Positions 60,260 to 64,000 of a DNA stretch of 64,000 nucleotides are shown one piece after another (position 1 is the first letter of the stretch; each line of letters opens with the position of its first letter). A program made the position numbers and the translations under genes. The notes beneath the pieces are model-generated. The model saw only the letters and a list, made by a program, of their open reading frames with translations, was not told where the DNA came from and ran no database searches. The stretch comes from Myxococcota bacterium (lineage in GTDB: Bacteria; Myxococcota_A; UBA9160; UBA6930), in NCBI GenBank assembly GCA_965223415.1, contig OZ245002.1:2752001-2816000 (forward strand), written 5' to 3'.

Positions 60260-61048
60260 GTGACCCGCAGCGAGAGCGTCGTCCGGAACCCCCGCCGCCT
60301 CGGCCCCATGGGCTTCGTCCGCGAGGCCGCCCGGGCGCGGGGCGCGGGGCCGGATCCCGAAACGGTCTTCCGACTCCTGCGCCCCTTCCACGGGCCCGAG
60401 TTCGACGCCATCTACGACCGCGTGATGGCCGACCCGGTCGGTCGGTGGATCCTGCACGAGGGCCGGAGCCTGCACCCCACGCTGCTGGGCTTCGATCGGC
60501 TGCGCGCCCTCCCGCAGGGCAGCCTCGGGCGAGAGTACCTGCGCTTCATGGAGGACAACGACATCGACATCGTGTCCTTCGCCGAGGCGAGCTGGCGGAA
60601 CATGGCGCGCGAGGACTACGCGAACGGCGCGGCCTGGACCCTGGCGAACCGCCTGCGCGACATCCACGAGATCGTCCACGTGGTCTCGGGCTACGGCACC
60701 GACGTGCTCGGCGAGATGTGCGAGCTCGCCTTCAACATCGACGAGGACCCGCGTCCCCGGGCCACCCGCTTCGCGATCCGGGCGAACCTCTCGATGTTCC
60801 GCCGGCTGGGCCACGGACACGCGGACGCCACGATTCGCGAGGCCTTCCAGCGGGGCGCTCGCACGGGCCTCTTCGTCGCCTGCGACTGGGAGGCGATGAT
60901 GGATTGGCCGCTTCTGGACGTGCGGAAGCACCTGAACGTCGCACCGCCGCCGGCCTACCGGCCCGCTCCCGTCCGCGGCGAGGCCGACGTCCCGGGCCTG
61001 ACGGATCTCCTGCGAAGCGTCATCGGCGCCGTGCCCGCCGGCCTCTAG
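60260..61048 (+). CDS. Coq4-family protein
   Basis: LRALPQGSLGREYLRFM, HEIVHVVSGYGTD..GE, DWE..WPL..VR..L. Confidence 0.75.
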   Translation: MTRSESVVRNPRRLGPMGFVREAARARGAGPDPETVFRLLRPFHGPEFDAIYDRVMADPVGRWILHEGRSLHPTLLGFDRLRALPQGSLGREYLRFMEDNDIDIVSFAEASWRNMAREDYANGAAWTLANRLRDIHEIVHVVSGYGTDVLGEMCELAFNIDEDPRPRATRFAIRANLSMFRRLGHGHADATIREAFQRGARTGLFVACDWEAMMDWPLLDVRKHLNVAPPPAYRPAPVRGEADVPGLTDLLRSVIGAVPAGL

Positions 61049-62573
61049 CCCTGATCCGGCATTGAGATCACGGATCCGAGCGTAGGTCTGGCGGGCTCAC
61101 GCGGCGAGCGCGGTCTCGGCGGCCCGGATGGTGGAGCGGCTGCGCGAGGACGCGGCGATTCGGAGCGAAGCGCGTCCGGCAGGCCGAGCGATGCGGCCAG
61201 GGAGCTGGATCAGCTCGAAGCGGAGCGTGCGGAGCGAGGGGAAGCGGAGCCGGGCGGTCCGCTTTCGGCCGTTGGGTCGCTCTGGCAGGCCAAGCGTGGC
61301 TTGGAAGTCCCGCACCAGGTTGTGGGTCAGGGCACTGAGCAGCTGCCAGTTGCTGTTGGCGTCCCAGTCCTGGGTCGGGATGGTGGCGAACGCCAGGTGC
61401 TGTTTGAGCTCGGCCAGCGTCTTCTCGTGGCCGCCGCGTCCGGCCATGAAGGCCCAGACGGCGGCCTCGCTGGTCCGCTTGTTCGTCGCGACCATCGAGT
61501 ACTCGTAGTGGCCATCGTCCGGGGTGAAGAGGTCGAGCTGGAAGTTCTTCGCGCTTCGCCCGGAGACCTTCTTGCGGAACACCACGATCCGCTCGCAGCG
61601 CTTCCACTGTGGGATCCGGTGGACGACGGAGAAGGCGTCGACGCTCGCGTTGACGCGGTGCCAACGCTTCCGGGCGGCGATCTTCTCACGCACGCCGAGC
61701 CAGCGCCACATGGGGACCTTGAGGGCGTACTCCACGCGAGAGGCCGTGAGAACCTCGAGAACGGCCTTCTGGAAGAAGGCGCCATCGAGCCGCACCTCGA
61801 TCGGGACCCGATCGAGGCGCCGCTTCGCGTCGCCCAGGAGAAAGGCCAGCTTCTCCGCAGCGCCCACCGCATCGTTCACATTGCCCGGCCGGTTCCATAC
61901 GCCGAGCAGCTGGCTCGTCTGCGCCAGGTGCGCCGTCAGCGGGTAGTAGGACGGGTCCTTCGGGTGATGTGGGTTGAAGCCGCGCTCGGCGCCGTCCACG
62001 TACTCGCCCGTCCGAAGCACGGTGCCGTCCAGCTCGATCGTGGCCCGCTCCAAGCCGAGCCCTGTGTGGGTTCCATAGGCCATGTCCCGCAGCAGTTCGT
62101 TCAGACGATCGCGGTAGCCCGACGTCAGCTCCTTCAGGTTCCTCGCCAGGGTCCGCTCGTCCGGAAGCCGCTGCAATCGGACGAACCGCCGAAACAACGG
62201 ATCCCGATCGAGCACCCGGACATGCGAGAGACGGCTCCCTCCCAGCAGCAGCATCCCCACCACCACCAGCATGCAGCGGAAGGATCCGTAGTCCGAGTCG
62301 AACGCCCGATCCGCAAAGGCCGCTTTCAGGCGCTCTGCCCAAAAGCGGTCGAAGAAGCGCCGGAACAGCTCCAGCCCGCCGTAGCTCGTCAGCGCCTCAT
62401 CCGTGAAGGCGATCGACAATTCGCCCTTGACGCGGGCTCGAATCCGGTGTCTGCTTAGCTTCACGAATGTGGCTCCTCGGAGGCATGATGGTGGTTGGCA
62501 CTTCCATCAAGCACACCGACGGAGCCACTTTCAATTCCGGGCTTTCCCTACACCTCGCAATGCCGGATCAGGG
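61049..62573 (-). mobile_element. IS1380 family element
   Basis: Perfect 16-bp IR CCCTGATCCGGCATTG; 4-bp DR CTAG (61045-61048, 62574-62577). Confidence 0.95.
61097..62464 (-). CDS. IS1380 family transposase
   Basis: LTSYGG, ELDGT, SYYPL, RPGN, VRLDGAF, RGGHEKTLAELK. Confidence 0.92.
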   Translation of the reverse strand: MKLSRHRIRARVKGELSIAFTDEALTSYGGLELFRRFFDRFWAERLKAAFADRAFDSDYGSFRCMLVVVGMLLLGGSRLSHVRVLDRDPLFRRFVRLQRLPDERTLARNLKELTSGYRDRLNELLRDMAYGTHTGLGLERATIELDGTVLRTGEYVDGAERGFNPHHPKDPSYYPLTAHLAQTSQLLGVWNRPGNVNDAVGAAEKLAFLLGDAKRRLDRVPIEVRLDGAFFQKAVLEVLTASRVEYALKVPMWRWLGVREKIAARKRWHRVNASVDAFSVVHRIPQWKRCERIVVFRKKVSGRSAKNFQLDLFTPDDGHYEYSMVATNKRTSEAAVWAFMAGRGGHEKTLAELKQHLAFATIPTQDWDANSNWQLLSALTHNLVRDFQATLGLPERPNGRKRTARLRFPSLRTLRFELIQLPGRIARPAGRASLRIAASSRSRSTIRAAETALAA

Positions 62574-62653
62574 CTAGAGGGCCGCGGGAGAGCCCGGATC
62601 CTGCCGCCGGCTGGCGGCGTGGGATAGGTTCGGGCGCCGGAGGCACAGGGATC

Positions 62654-63319
62654 ATGGTTCGCGCCGTCGTGATCGTCGCCGTCTTCGTCGCCCTGTTGGC
62701 GGCCTCGCTGTTCGGAGCGGCCGGGACCTTCGCCTGGCCCGAGGCGTGGGCCTTCCTGGCCGTGCTCGGCCTGTTCATCGTCGCCGGGTTCCTGCTGATC
62801 GATCCGGACACGCTGCGCGAGCGCGCGGCCCCGGGGCCGGGCACCCAGAGCGCCGATGCCCGATTGGCCAGCCTCGGCGGCCTCTTCCTCTACCCCGGCA
62901 CGATGGTCGTCGCGAGCCTGGATACCGTCCGCTTCGGCTGGTCGCACCCGCTCCCCACCCTGTTCGAGGGCGCGGGGCTGGCCGGATTCGTCCTCGGCTA
63001 CGGCTTCGCCTTCTGGGCCATGCGGGCGAACCCGTTCTTCTCGACCTTCGTGCGCATCCAGGAGGAGCGGAACCACCACGTGGTGAGCGAGGGGCCCTAC
63101 GCCCTCGTGCGTCACCCCGGCTACGCGGGAACGCTCGTCGCCCACGCGCTGCTGCCCCTCGCGCTCGGATCGCTGTGGGCGTTCCTGCCCGCCGGGCTGG
63201 GCATAGCACTCTTCACCGTGCGCACCGCACTCGAGGACCGGACGCTGGCCCGCGAGCTCCTCCGATACGACGAGTACCGCCGCCGGGTACGCTGGAAGCT
63301 GGTGCCGGGGGTCTGGTGA
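62654..63319 (+). CDS. Isoprenylcysteine carboxylmethyltransferase-family membrane protein
   Basis: NPFFS..VRIQ, GPYALVRHPGY, EDRTL, Y..Y..V.WKLVPGVW. Confidence 0.92.
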   Translation: MVRAVVIVAVFVALLAASLFGAAGTFAWPEAWAFLAVLGLFIVAGFLLIDPDTLRERAAPGPGTQSADARLASLGGLFLYPGTMVVASLDTVRFGWSHPLPTLFEGAGLAGFVLGYGFAFWAMRANPFFSTFVRIQEERNHHVVSEGPYALVRHPGYAGTLVAHALLPLALGSLWAFLPAGLGIALFTVRTALEDRTLARELLRYDEYRRRVRWKLVPGVW

Positions 63320-63355
63320 GGATGGAGCGACTCGCCGCCTCCGGCCCGACGTCGC

Positions 63356-64000
63356 CTACACGTGCTCCAGCGCCTGCTCGAGATCCGCGATCAGGTCGCC
63401 CGGGTGTTCGATGCCCACCGAGATGCGGATCATGTCGGGCCCGATGCCGAGGCTCCGCTGCTGATCCGCCGGGACGTCGGCGTGGGTCATACTCGCCGGG
63501 TGCTCGGCGAGAGATTCGGTGCCGCCCAGGCTCACTGCGAGCTTCACGAGCTGGAGCGCGTTCAGGAAACGGAAGGCCTCCTTCTCTCCGCCGTCGATAT
63601 CGAAGGAGATCACCGAGCCGGCGGAGCGGCACTGGCGGTGGTAGACGTCGGCCATCGGATCCTCGGCGCGGGTCGTGCCCAGGTAGTGGATGGCGCGCAC
63701 CTTCGGATGCTCGACCAGGAAGGCGGCCACCTCCTGGGCACCGCGAGCCTGGGCCTGCATGCGCAGGGCCAGGGTCTCGAGGCTGCGCAGCAGGAGCCAG
63801 CCGCTCCAGGGGCCGGCCAGGGTGCCGAGGAAGGTGCGCAGCGCGCGGATCGGCGCGAGCACCCGCCCGCTCCCGAGGGCGGCGCCGGCGATCACATCGC
63901 TGTGGCCGCCGATGAACTTGGTGGCGGAGTAGATCACCAGGTCGGCGCCGTGCTGGAGCGGGTGCTGCCAGAGCGGGCCGAGGAAGGTGTTGTCGACCAT
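63356..64000 (-). CDS. Cystathionine gamma-synthase / methionine gamma-lyase family PLP enzyme, 5' end outside window
   Basis: VDNTF, SATKFIGGHSD (PLP lysine), AVSLGGTESL, RISVGIE. Confidence 0.93.
   Translation of the reverse strand: MVDNTFLGPLWQHPLQHGADLVIYSATKFIGGHSDVIAGAALGSGRVLAPIRALRTFLGTLAGPWSGWLLLRSLETLALRMQAQARGAQEVAAFLVEHPKVRAIHYLGTTRAEDPMADVYHRQCRSAGSVISFDIDGGEKEAFRFLNALQLVKLAVSLGGTESLAEHPASMTHADVPADQQRSLGIGPDMIRISVGIEHPGDLIADLEQALEHV

Overview
GC-rich bacterial chromosome segment; gene content (PilZ proteins, AOR, myxobacterial-style housekeeping genes) suggests a Myxococcota/deltaproteobacterial-type organism, which is an inference. Most of the window is ordinary core/metabolic genes: a moaD-aor-moeA-moeA-rlmD block, proS, ilvE, rnd, pepP, acs, sfsA-mutY-smr-aroC and a TetR/RND operon. 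The standout is 19.6-30.0 kb, an integron-type gene-cassette array with no integrase in view that carries five IS elements. An ISNCY sits in the first GTTAGGC core site. An IS1111-type element sits in the left arm of the second attC and is itself interrupted by an IS21. An IS621-like IS110 element sits in the R' core of that same attC. A second IS21 without target duplication joins a truncated cassette to a truncated 5'-3' exonuclease gene. The IS110 left end contains a readable bridge RNA: four guide segments match the reconstructed attC target and the element's own circle junction in the canonical order, plus plausible handshake bases. Also present are a candidate ~190-nt structured sRNA with a sigma54-like promoter and terminator, a perfect 40-bp-arm palindrome, a short dispersed repeat and an intact IS1380. 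All product calls come from motifs read by eye; no database searches were run.
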